Below are positions 27,687 through 35,538 of a DNA stretch of 53,502 nucleotides, piece by piece; position 1 is the stretch's first letter; each line of letters begins with the position of its first letter. The notes under the pieces are model-generated. The model saw nothing but the letters and a program-made list of their open reading frames with translations, searched no databases and had not been told where the DNA came from. The DNA is from a virus (Duplodnaviria > Caudoviricetes): the IMG/VR virus record IMGVR_UViG_3300018432_000016, positions 1-53,502 of that record, one strand, 5' to 3'. Both the position numbers and the translations under genes were made by a program.

Positions 27687-27854
27687 TCAGACCTCCAGGG
27701 CGAGGGGGGCGACGGTGATCGAGTCGACGCGGAGCAGTTCGACGCCGTACTCGGCGACGAGGTCGAGCTGCTGCCCGTCCTCCTCGACCGAGGTCGGGAT
27801 AAGGGCGAGCTGCTGCCCGTCGGCGAGGCGGCGGGGGCGGGTGGAGCGGGACAC
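27687..27854 (-). CDS. 55-aa peptide with tandem QQLAL/QQLDL motifs
   Basis: Not in ORF track; CCCACGCCT-GGAGG upstream of GTG; VSRSTRPRRLADGQQLALIPTSVEEDGQQLDLVAEYGVELLRVDSITVAPLALEV. Confidence 0.6.
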   Translation of the reverse strand: MSRSTRPRRLADGQQLALIPTSVEEDGQQLDLVAEYGVELLRVDSITVAPLALEV

Positions 27855-27880
27855 GGGGACCTCCAGGCGTGGGAACGGGG

Positions 27881-27908
27881 CGGGGGCGCCGGGTCAGGGG
27901 CGCCCCCG
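27881..27908 (-). terminator. Hairpin closing cassette B
   Basis: CGGGGGCGCC...GGCGCCCCCG. Confidence 0.55.
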
Positions 27909-27914
27909 GGGGGA

Positions 27915-28118
27915 TCAGACGAAGTCAGGGTGTCCGGCGGCGTGCTTGGCGCCCTCGGCCTGCGCCTTGCCCTTGGCGACCTTGACGGCGGCGGGGAGGT
28001 AGGCGAACCGGACGCCGAGGTAACCGCAGGAGCAGACGGCCCGCATGGCCTTGCCTCCGCCGTTGCAGACGACGATGGTGCGGACGGTGTGGGCGGCGGG
28101 GGTGCTCGTCGTGTTCAT
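27915..28118 (-). CDS. Small Zn-finger-like protein (CxC...HxxxH)
   Basis: AVCSCGY...KHAAGH; leaderless ATG after cassette B. Confidence 0.7.
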   Translation of the reverse strand: MNTTSTPAAHTVRTIVVCNGGGKAMRAVCSCGYLGVRFAYLPAAVKVAKGKAQAEGAKHAAGHPDFV

Positions 28119-28195
28119 GGGATGAATATATACACGGGTATTACCCGGGGGGAAGTACCTCGGGGGCGTGTCGTGTTTTTCTCACCCGAACGGGT
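28119..28195 (-). promoter_or_regulatory. Class-1 leaderless promoter cassette, copy B
   Basis: ACCCGTTCGGGTGA..ACACGACACG..GGTACTTCCCCCC..TACCCGTGTA-TATATT-N6-ATG. Confidence 0.8.
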
Positions 28196-28694
28196 CGCCC
28201 GGCCGGGTGAGGAGCCGGGCCTCCAGCTCCGGCCGGCACACCGGGCAGGCGCGACGATGCCCCCGCGCCTTTAGTTGCCTCTCCCGGGTGCGGTCACCGG
28301 TCCAGGTGCGGGCCAGGCGCCACCCGATACCGGCTTTCGCAACATGCCGGGGCAGGTTCGCGCCGGTGCCGGCCGCGTGGTGCGCGAGCCGGTTCCCGAG
28401 GTTGCCGGGGCTGGCCCACCCGAGGTAGTGGAGGGCGTGCCCGAACGGCTCGTCGAAGTGGAGCAGGTAGATCGTGCCGGGCCACCCGCGTTCGACGACG
28501 AGCGGGTTCTCGATGACCTGCCCCGGTATGTCGGGCCGGAGGTCCGGGCCGGGTTGCCCGAGGGGCGGGTGACCGGCGCCGTTGCAGCGGAGCCCGTGCC
28601 ACTCCCCGCCCGTGCGGACGCCGTGGTGCCACACGAGCCCGCGCCGGGTCTGCGCGCACGAGCGGCGGCAGACCCGGCAGCGGACCCGGGTCAC
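28182..28694 (-). CDS. GIY-YIG family nuclease with N-terminal Zn finger
   Basis: TIYLLHF...HYLGWA...NRLAHHAAGTGA...RERQLK...CPVC; N-terminal CRVC...HH...C. Confidence 0.8.
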   Translation of the reverse strand: MTRVRCRVCRRSCAQTRRGLVWHHGVRTGGEWHGLRCNGAGHPPLGQPGPDLRPDIPGQVIENPLVVERGWPGTIYLLHFDEPFGHALHYLGWASPGNLGNRLAHHAAGTGANLPRHVAKAGIGWRLARTWTGDRTRERQLKARGHRRACPVCRPELEARLLTRPGDPFG

Positions 28695-29002
28695 GGCCGG
28701 CGGACCGGGTGCAGAGTCCACCCGGCGTCGTCGAGCAGCTCGACGAGGAGGTGCGCCTCGCCGGCGATCTTCCCCTGCCGCTCGTCGACCTCGACGAGCA
28801 CGTCGTCGAGCGCCTCGATCCGTTCGGCGCGGTCGACCTCGGACTCCTCGACGATGCCGGCGGCGACGCGGAGCCGCTGGACCTCCTCGACGAGCTGCCG
28901 GACGAGGTCCTCGTCGGAGACGAGGCAGCGGGGCTCGTCGCCGTCGTCGTGGGCGAGGGTGAGACAGGCGAGTTCCCGGGTCGTCCCGGAGATGACGCTC
29001 AC
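28691..29002 (-). CDS. Hypothetical protein
   Basis: GTGA overlaps; acidic helical. Confidence 0.6.
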   Translation of the reverse strand: MSVISGTTRELACLTLAHDDGDEPRCLVSDEDLVRQLVEEVQRLRVAAGIVEESEVDRAERIEALDDVLVEVDERQGKIAGEAHLLVELLDDAGWTLHPVRRP

Positions 29003-29286
29003 AGCTCGACAACCTGTTCGGTCACGGTCGCGAGGTACCCGTGCTCGCGCATGCGGCGGAGGAGGCGGGCGTCGTCGGGCCACTCCGAGGAGGGGCCGAG
29101 CCCGTACCGGAGCCCGTCCTCGGCGTCCCACGCGTCGCGGGCGGCGGCGGCGAGGTGCTCGTCGGCCTTGCGCCGGTTCGCGAACAGGGCGAACACGAGG
29201 GGGGCGGCCGGGTGCGGCTGCCCGTCGACGGTGAGGGCGGCGCCGTTGCGGTTCGCGAGGGTCACGGCGTAGACGGTGGCGATCAC
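28999..29286 (-). CDS. Hypothetical protein
   Basis: GTGA overlaps; VIATVYAVTL... Confidence 0.6.
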   Translation of the reverse strand: MIATVYAVTLANRNGAALTVDGQPHPAAPLVFALFANRRKADEHLAAAARDAWDAEDGLRYGLGPSSEWPDDARLLRRMREHGYLATVTEQVVEL

Positions 29287-29426
29287 GCGTCGAGCCCGGC
29301 GAGGTCGCGCCACGCGGCGGCGTTGGCGCGGAGGGTGGCGGCGTAGGCGGGTTCGGTGCGGTCGGCGGCGCGGGCCTGCCGGTCGCATCGGGTCGCGGCG
29401 AGCGCGGCCCGTTGGGTGCGGGTCAT
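29283..29426 (-). CDS. Small hypothetical protein (47 aa)
   Basis: ATG with AGGAGG SD and CCCACGCC; MTRTQRAALAATRCDRQARAAD... Confidence 0.55.
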   Translation of the reverse strand: MTRTQRAALAATRCDRQARAADRTEPAYAATLRANAAAWRDLAGLDA

Positions 29427-29439
29427 GGGTCCTCCTGTA

Positions 29440-29475
29440 GGCGTGGGAGTGTGCCCCCCCTTTATACACGGGGAA
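29440..29475 (-). promoter_or_regulatory. Class-2-like promoter CCCGTG-TATAAA-GGGGGGG...CCCACGCC
   Basis: Same layout as 5579 and 9314. Confidence 0.6.
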
Positions 29476-29477
29476 CT

Positions 29478-29768
29478 CTAGTCGTGGGGGATGACATTCC
29501 GGGGAGAGGCAGGCGACGCGGGTCGAGGGGTGAGGCTCGACCCGCGTCGCCACCGGGGCGGGGCGCCTGCACTGGCCTGCGGCAGCTCCCGGGCCGGGTA
29601 CTTGTGCGACACGTCGTACGGGTCGCCGTGCCGGATGGTAGCGCCGAGCATGAGCGCGGCCGGCAACCCGACGACGAGCAGCGGGGCGGCGGCGAGGACC
29701 GGGTGCGCGCCCCACAGCAGGGCGGCCAGCAGCCCGGCGGCGAGGAGTGCGGCGGCGTTGCCTCTCAC
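29478..29768 (-). CDS. Small membrane protein coupled to FtsK (Spd-like candidate)
   Basis: GTGA overlap with FtsK stop; two hydrophobic helices. Confidence 0.55.
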   Translation of the reverse strand: MRGNAAALLAAGLLAALLWGAHPVLAAAPLLVVGLPAALMLGATIRHGDPYDVSHKYPARELPQASAGAPPRWRRGSSLTPRPASPASPRNVIPHD

Positions 29769-31258
29769 GCCGGGATCCGCGTCGACGGGGCGTACAGCGG
29801 CCCGGCGATGACGGGGGCGGGCGCGTACCGGTCGGCGAGGACGGCGAGGGCGTCGTCGTCGACGTACGCGAACCGGCAACGCACCGGCTCCGACCCGCCC
29901 TCGGCGAGCACGTAGCCGACGCCGGGCAGCTCGGGGGCGATCTGCTCCGTGCGGGCGCCCCGGGCTCGGGCGCCGGCGCCGAGGATGAGGTCGCCGACGG
30001 GTTCGACGGTGCGCAGCCCGACCCGGTAGGAGATGAGGTCGCGGACGCCGAGGGTCTCTTTGCGGGGGTCCTGGGTGGCGACGACGACGGACACGGCGGC
30101 GGCCCGCCCTTGGGACAGGAGCAGGGACAGGGCGTTCTCGACGCGGGTGCGGATGGCGGGCGGGGCGTACGCGGTGATCGCCGACACCTCGTCGACGATG
30201 ACGAGGACCAGGGGTTCGGCGGCGGTCGGCGTGTGTGTGCGGACCGGGCCGCCGGGGCGGCGCGGGTTCCGCATGGCGAGGAGGCGGGTTTGCATGGCGG
30301 CGACGGCCTCGTCGAGGAGGTCGGCGATCGAGGTCTGCCACGGTGCCCCGCCGGCGGCCTGCCCCCCATACACGAACCGGTCGAACAGTGGCGCCCCGCC
30401 GGACAGTTCGGCCCCGCCCTTGGGGTCGACGGCCCACACGGACACGAGCCCGGCGCGGATGGCCGGCCCGAGCCCGGCGAGGAGGGACCAGACGACGGAG
30501 CCTTTTCCGGCGCCGGTGACGCCGGCGACGAGGAGGTGTGAGCCGAGGACGGGGAGGGTCAACGCGTGCCCGTCCTCCCGGACACCGACGGGCACTGCGC
30601 GGAGGTCGACCTCCTCGGACACCGGGGGGACGGGCACGGGTTGGTCGAGGGGGTCGCGGACGAGGCACAGCAGGTCCACCTCGTGGGGGCGGCCGGGCAC
30701 GGCGCGGGCTCGCGCGTCGAGGACGCCGAACGACTGCGCGAGCCGGTCCCCGGCTTGGCTCCAGTCGACGACGGTCTGCCCCGGCAGCATGCGGACCCGG
30801 ACCCGGTCGACCTCGCGGGTCGAGGTGACGGCGAGCAGGTCGGGCAGGTGCTCGCGTTTGCCTCGGATGGTGAGCCCGGCGGTCGAGGTGGCGGGCTGCC
30901 AGCGGCGCCGGTAGACGAGCGCCCGGCGGGTGCGTGCGCGGCAGCGTTGCCACACCCACCGGTCGAACCCGGGCGGGGAGGTCACTCTCCAGGCGACGAG
31001 AATCGTCACGACCGTTATTGCGCCTGCGGCGAACGGTGTCCACCCGTACCGGACGTGCGTCCAGGCGACGGCGGCGTGCCCGCCGAGGACGGCCACCCGG
31101 CGTGGCCGGCGGAGCAGCCACCCGAGCAGCCGCAGCAGCCACCCGAGCACCCACGCGAGGAGGAACAGCCCGGCGAACCGGCGGGCGAACCGCTGGAGAC
31201 TCCAGTCGACGACCCGCTGCCCGAGGGATGGGCGGAGCGAGTCGCCGAGGAGCCTCAC
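29765..31258 (-). CDS. FtsK/SpoIIIE DNA translocase, AICE/plasmid TraB-like
   Basis: N-terminal TM helices; SHLLVAGVTGAGKGS Walker A, VDPKGGAEL, VIVDEV Walker B, QGRAAAV..ATQDPRKE. Confidence 0.9.
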   Translation of the reverse strand: MRLLGDSLRPSLGQRVVDWSLQRFARRFAGLFLLAWVLGWLLRLLGWLLRRPRRVAVLGGHAAVAWTHVRYGWTPFAAGAITVVTILVAWRVTSPPGFDRWVWQRCRARTRRALVYRRRWQPATSTAGLTIRGKREHLPDLLAVTSTREVDRVRVRMLPGQTVVDWSQAGDRLAQSFGVLDARARAVPGRPHEVDLLCLVRDPLDQPVPVPPVSEEVDLRAVPVGVREDGHALTLPVLGSHLLVAGVTGAGKGSVVWSLLAGLGPAIRAGLVSVWAVDPKGGAELSGGAPLFDRFVYGGQAAGGAPWQTSIADLLDEAVAAMQTRLLAMRNPRRPGGPVRTHTPTAAEPLVLVIVDEVSAITAYAPPAIRTRVENALSLLLSQGRAAAVSVVVATQDPRKETLGVRDLISYRVGLRTVEPVGDLILGAGARARGARTEQIAPELPGVGYVLAEGGSEPVRCRFAYVDDDALAVLADRYAPAPVIAGPLYAPSTRIPA

Positions 31259-31288
31259 GGGGGGGACAGTAGCCCCCCGCCCTAGAGG

Positions 31289-32131
31289 TCAGGCGGTGAG
31301 TTCGACGGTTGCCGGCTGGACGGTCGACCCGTTCCACACCCCGTCGAGGGTGAGCGGCTGCTCGGTCGTCCCGTTCCACAGTGACCACGCCTCGGTGGGC
31401 GGCGTGTAGTCGGCGACGGTGATGGCGTAGCGGTCCTGCACGTAGGAATGCCAGACGGCCCGTTCGGCGACGGTGAGCGGGTGATCCCAGATGCAGAACT
31501 CCCACATGCGCGCGGGTAGACAGTTGCTGCTGCCTGAGTTGGACAGGAACAGCCGGAAAGTGGCGGCGGCGCCCGTGTTCGGGGGCAGGTCGGTGGTCGC
31601 GGCGGTCGCACCGTCGCTGGTGCCGTTGTGGAACACCTCCGTCGTGAACCTGTCGGCGGCGGCGGTGATGACGTTGGGGACACCTGTGCTGATCGCGTCG
31701 CGGGTGTCGCTCCCGGCGGCGGCGCCGCCTTCCCGGTAGTTGGTGAGGCTGACGCTGGTCGTCGTGGGCACGTTCAGGATGAATCGGCGCGCCGCGACGG
31801 TGGCGCTGTAGACGGATGCGATGCCGCGCGGCGTGGTGCCGCTGGTGCGCTTCCACACGACGCCGACCGTGTAGTCGTCGGGCATGTCGAGGGAACCGGC
31901 CAGGGACACCCCCGACGTGGCGGTCGTGCTGACACAGGGGATGCCGTTGCCCTCACCGGCCGTGGTGGTGCGGACCGGTGCGCTCGCGGCGGGGGACGAG
32001 GGGGCGAGCGACTGTCCGGCCACCCGGTCGACCCACGTCGGGATGGTGTCCCCGTCGGCCTTGCCCGCCGTGGGGTCGTCGGACCGCCACCAGCGGAACA
32101 GGCCCGGAACGTCGGCGGGGGTGCGGGTCAT
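31289..32131 (-). CDS. LamG/concanavalin-like virion protein
   Basis: GLFRWWRSDD...DGDTIPTWVDR...EFCIWDHPLTVAER...YVQDRY. Confidence 0.65.
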   Translation of the reverse strand: MTRTPADVPGLFRWWRSDDPTAGKADGDTIPTWVDRVAGQSLAPSSPAASAPVRTTTAGEGNGIPCVSTTATSGVSLAGSLDMPDDYTVGVVWKRTSGTTPRGIASVYSATVAARRFILNVPTTTSVSLTNYREGGAAAGSDTRDAISTGVPNVITAAADRFTTEVFHNGTSDGATAATTDLPPNTGAAATFRLFLSNSGSSNCLPARMWEFCIWDHPLTVAERAVWHSYVQDRYAITVADYTPPTEAWSLWNGTTEQPLTLDGVWNGSTVQPATVELTA

Positions 32132-33477
32132 GCCGTGCGCAGGATGACGGTGCCGGCGGGGGTGCCGCCCGGCACGGCCGCCCCGGCGGCGAGGACGAGG
32201 AGCGGTTTCCCGGTCAGGTCGGCGTAGGCGCCGGTCGTGGCGACCGTGGCAAGTCCGGTGACCGTGGAGGCGGCCTGGGTGCCGGTGTGGTTGGCGCGGG
32301 CCTTCGCCGCCGTGTCCCCGGTGTCGACGTAGTCCTTGCGGGTGAGTTCGGATGCCTGTGCGGGCGGAGTTGCCGTAACAGTCATCCGTTGAGCGGCGAT
32401 TGCCGCGCCTCCTGCGGACCGGCGGACGAGGGTGTCGCTCGTTGCGCTGCTGGTTGCCCCGTCGAGGAGGGTGCGTAGGGCGGCGGGCAGCGTCTTGTTC
32501 GTGGTGCCGTCGGTGATGGTGTCCGCGTCCTGGGTGCCGGTGTGCGTGGCCCGGTCCCGCAGGGCGGCGTCGGTGGCGTTGGCGGTGGCCGAGGTCGTGA
32601 TGGTGATGGTGTCGGCAGCGTCGTTGACGAGTACCGAGATGTTGCCGAGGCCGACCATCGCCGCGCCGATGGTGTCCCGGATGGTTTCCGGGTCGATCGT
32701 CTGCCCGGTCCAGTCGATGGTGAGCGTGCCGGCCGCGTCGTCGTAAGAAATGTCGAGGTCGGCGCCGACGGCCTGCAACATGCCGCCGACGGTGTCCTCG
32801 ATGTACTCGCGGAGGTCGGTGATGCTCGCCGTCGTCTGTACGCCGGTGTGCGTCTCCCGGTCGCGGAGGGCGGCGTCGGTGGCGTTGGCGGTGGCCCCGG
32901 CGGCGACCCCGGCGAGCTTGGTGCGCTCCTCCGGGGTGATGTAGCCGGGGGTGAGGGCGTCGAGGGCGTCGGCGAGTTCGTCGTCGTCGACGTAGCCGGA
33001 CAGGTCGACGGGCGGTATGGCGGCGATCGCCGCGTCGAGTTGCTCGTCGGTCACATGCCCGGACAGGTCGACGCCGGGTATGGCGGCGATCGCGGCGGCG
33101 AGCTCCTCGTCGGTCACGTACTCGTCGTGCGCGTGCCCCTCGGGGGCGGCGGGGGCGCCGCCGGTCGCCGGCTCCAGGGTGTCGAAGTCGACCTCGTCCG
33201 GGTCTTCGTCGGCGACGAGGAACGTCCGGTCCCGGGGGCCGCCCGGGACGCGGTCCGTCCAGCGCATCCGGTACAGACCTCGGACGAGCCCGTCGACGCG
33301 GGCGGTCCCGTCGGAGCCGATGCGGACCCGCTCCGACCCGCCGACGACGCCGCCTGCCGTGTCGATGGGGCGGTCGAGGGTCAGGGCGCCGACGAGCCCG
33401 ACGGCGGCCGGCCGGCCGGTCGGGGACCGGTACGGCCCGAACGTGAGGGCGAACACGCCCGGGGCGGGTTCGGTCAC
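32128..33477 (-). CDS. Repeat-rich virion fibre/decoration protein
   Basis: 3x (DLSG)Y/HVTDEELAAAI and ATANATDAALRDRxTHTGxQ repeats; LATVATTGAYADLTGKP. Confidence 0.7.
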   Translation of the reverse strand: MTEPAPGVFALTFGPYRSPTGRPAAVGLVGALTLDRPIDTAGGVVGGSERVRIGSDGTARVDGLVRGLYRMRWTDRVPGGPRDRTFLVADEDPDEVDFDTLEPATGGAPAAPEGHAHDEYVTDEELAAAIAAIPGVDLSGHVTDEQLDAAIAAIPPVDLSGYVDDDELADALDALTPGYITPEERTKLAGVAAGATANATDAALRDRETHTGVQTTASITDLREYIEDTVGGMLQAVGADLDISYDDAAGTLTIDWTGQTIDPETIRDTIGAAMVGLGNISVLVNDAADTITITTSATANATDAALRDRATHTGTQDADTITDGTTNKTLPAALRTLLDGATSSATSDTLVRRSAGGAAIAAQRMTVTATPPAQASELTRKDYVDTGDTAAKARANHTGTQAASTVTGLATVATTGAYADLTGKPLLVLAAGAAVPGGTPAGTVILRTA

Positions 33478-35051
33478 GGCCGGCGGAGGCGGGCGAGACC
33501 GGCGCGGGCGGCGGCGGCCAGGACGGGGCGCATGCGGTCGTCGACGACGCGGCGGACCGCGTCCTCGTCGTGCCCGTGCCCCCGAGCCCGGCGGGTGAGG
33601 GGGGCGGACCCGGCGGCGAGGAGGACCCGCGCCCCGGATGCGGTGATGTGCGCGCGGCCCCGGATCGGGAAACCGGGCGTATTCACGCACAGGGCGGCGA
33701 CGAGCCGGACGTTCACGTCGCCCGGGTTGGCCCGCCAGTCCCCGGAGATTGGGTGTCGGCCGAACTCCTCGATCTGCTGCCGGGTCAGGTGGGGTCGCAT
33801 CGCCCCGGCGAACCACACGCCGAAATCGTCCTCGCCGACGATCACGTCCGCGTACGCCGACGAGGTCGAGTCGTAGTGCGCGAGCGCGGGCATGACGCCG
33901 TGATCCATGTTCATATCGTGGCCGCCCCCGAACGACAGGACACCGGTCGGCACCTCCTCGCCCTCCTCCGTGAACGTGGAGCCCTGCGAGGTGAACGTCC
34001 GGTACCCGGCCTCCCCGAGGCGGGGGGCGTACACCTCACGGTCGAGGATGCCGGCGTGCGGGACGCCCCACTGTGCGATGTACCCCCACACTTGCCCGGT
34101 GGGGACACCGTTCGGGCGGCGGCCGAGGTAGACGTGCCGGCCAGGATCGGGAACGTCGACGCGGGCGAACCATGCGCGCGGCGGCAGGACGGGGGCGATC
34201 GTTTCCGTGTCGGCGGCGACGGAGGCGAGGAGCGCCTGCCGGCCCCGGGCGGGCTCCAGGATGCGCAACGCGGAGGAGGCGACGACGGGCAGCGCCTCGG
34301 CGGGCTGCTCGGCGGGGGCGATCCCGGCCTCCTCGGCGCCGAGCCCGTCGTCGAGGACGATGTACGCGGACGGGAACGCGGCGAACGGGGTAACGGTGCA
34401 CTGTGCGATCGACCCTTGGGTTACGCGCATCCGGACCCGCTCCGGGAACCCGTCCTCGTCCTCCTCCAGCACGTCGATTTCGGCGGCGACCTCGCCGAGG
34501 TCGACGGACACGCCCCGGAGGACCTGCTCGCGCACGTAGTCGAGGGTCGCTCGGGAGCCGGGCTGGTCATCGTTGGGGACGAACCATCCGGTCGCACGCC
34601 ACCCCCACACGCCCTCCCCGAACGGCTGCCCGGTCTCCCGGTTGATTTCGGCGGCGAAGTCGAGGCGTTCCATCGTGTCCAGGCGACCGCACACGATCGC
34701 GGCGGAGTGACCTTCGAACCCGCCGTCCGGGTTGCGGAGCATCGCCATAAGCGACTGAGGCAGGTCACGGCGGCCGAGGCTGCCGGGCTCGATGTACCGG
34801 TCGTCGGAGGTCGTCCAGCCCTCCAGCACGACGGCGGGGATGGTGAACGGGACCCCGTTCTCCGGTGGGGCGAGCTGCTGGTCGAGGGGGGTGCGTTCGG
34901 CGGGCGGGGGGGCCTGCTCCTCGACCTCGACGACGGCCGGCGCCTCGTCCTCGACCGGGGGGGCGGTGGCGACGAGCGCGGCCAGCTCGCCGCCGGTCGT
35001 CCAGCGGGCGAGCGACTGCTCGGTTCCGAGCGGTCGGCGGGTGGCGGGCAT
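33474..35051 (-). CDS. Capsid maturation protease (cluster-B-like)
   Basis: GHSAAIVCGRLD, LRGVSVD, PFAAF; C-domain GYIAQWGVPH, HYDSTS, GEDDFGVWFAG, SGDWR, VNTPGFP. Confidence 0.85.
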   Translation of the reverse strand: MPATRRPLGTEQSLARWTTGGELAALVATAPPVEDEAPAVVEVEEQAPPPAERTPLDQQLAPPENGVPFTIPAVVLEGWTTSDDRYIEPGSLGRRDLPQSLMAMLRNPDGGFEGHSAAIVCGRLDTMERLDFAAEINRETGQPFGEGVWGWRATGWFVPNDDQPGSRATLDYVREQVLRGVSVDLGEVAAEIDVLEEDEDGFPERVRMRVTQGSIAQCTVTPFAAFPSAYIVLDDGLGAEEAGIAPAEQPAEALPVVASSALRILEPARGRQALLASVAADTETIAPVLPPRAWFARVDVPDPGRHVYLGRRPNGVPTGQVWGYIAQWGVPHAGILDREVYAPRLGEAGYRTFTSQGSTFTEEGEEVPTGVLSFGGGHDMNMDHGVMPALAHYDSTSSAYADVIVGEDDFGVWFAGAMRPHLTRQQIEEFGRHPISGDWRANPGDVNVRLVAALCVNTPGFPIRGRAHITASGARVLLAAGSAPLTRRARGHGHDEDAVRRVVDDRMRPVLAAAARAGLARLRRP

Positions 35052-35062
35052 CGTGTCTCCTG

Positions 35063-35317
35063 TCATCGGACGGGGCCGTACTGGTCGTCGCGGCGGGCGA
35101 GGACGTAGCCCCGCAACCACAGCGTTCCAAGCTCGGAGCGGGGGTCGTGCGGGCAGGCGGTCGAGTCGTCGCCAGCACCGTAGGCGGCGCGGCCGGCGTC
35201 GTACGCCTCGACTTGCTCCTCCGACGGTTCGGGTACGGGCGCGGAGGCGACAAGGACGGCTAGGCGCCCGGCGCCGTCGAGCCGGTATATCTGCTGGTAT
35301 GCGGTCGGACGGTTCAC
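35063..35317 (-). CDS. Rmf/CrpP-fold small protein
   Basis: AYDAGRAAYGAGDDSTACPHD...LWLRGY matches the ribosome modulation factor-like pattern. Confidence 0.6.
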   Translation of the reverse strand: MNRPTAYQQIYRLDGAGRLAVLVASAPVPEPSEEQVEAYDAGRAAYGAGDDSTACPHDPRSELGTLWLRGYVLARRDDQYGPVR

Positions 35318-35538
35318 GTTCCGTCCCTCGGCATCCCGTCGCGTTCGGCGCCGCACTGGCAGCAGAACCACGCGATCATGGCGTCGGCCGGGTGCCACCA
35401 GTGCCCCCCGCCTCGGCGGCAGGCTCGGCGGGTTCTCCACCGGTGCCACGGGCTCGTGTCGACGAGGGGGCGGACGGGAAACTCGTACCCGCCGACGACG
35501 GGTGGTCGCACGGTGGCGTGGTGCGTCGGGTGGGTCAT
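35314..35538 (-). CDS. Small Cys/His protein
   Basis: CRRGGGHWW...CCQCG; 4-nt overlaps. Confidence 0.55.
   Translation of the reverse strand: MTHPTHHATVRPPVVGGYEFPVRPLVDTSPWHRWRTRRACRRGGGHWWHPADAMIAWFCCQCGAERDGMPRDGT

Noticed and set aside
29765-31258. FtsK as a type VII secretion EccC or a packaging ATPase
   Set aside because: Single ATPase domain, no WXG100 genes nearby, and a canonical TerL is present
32540-33130. DNA direct repeats as a diversity-generating retroelement TR/VR pair
   Set aside because: They encode in-frame protein repeats, show no adenine-specific variation, and no reverse transcriptase is present
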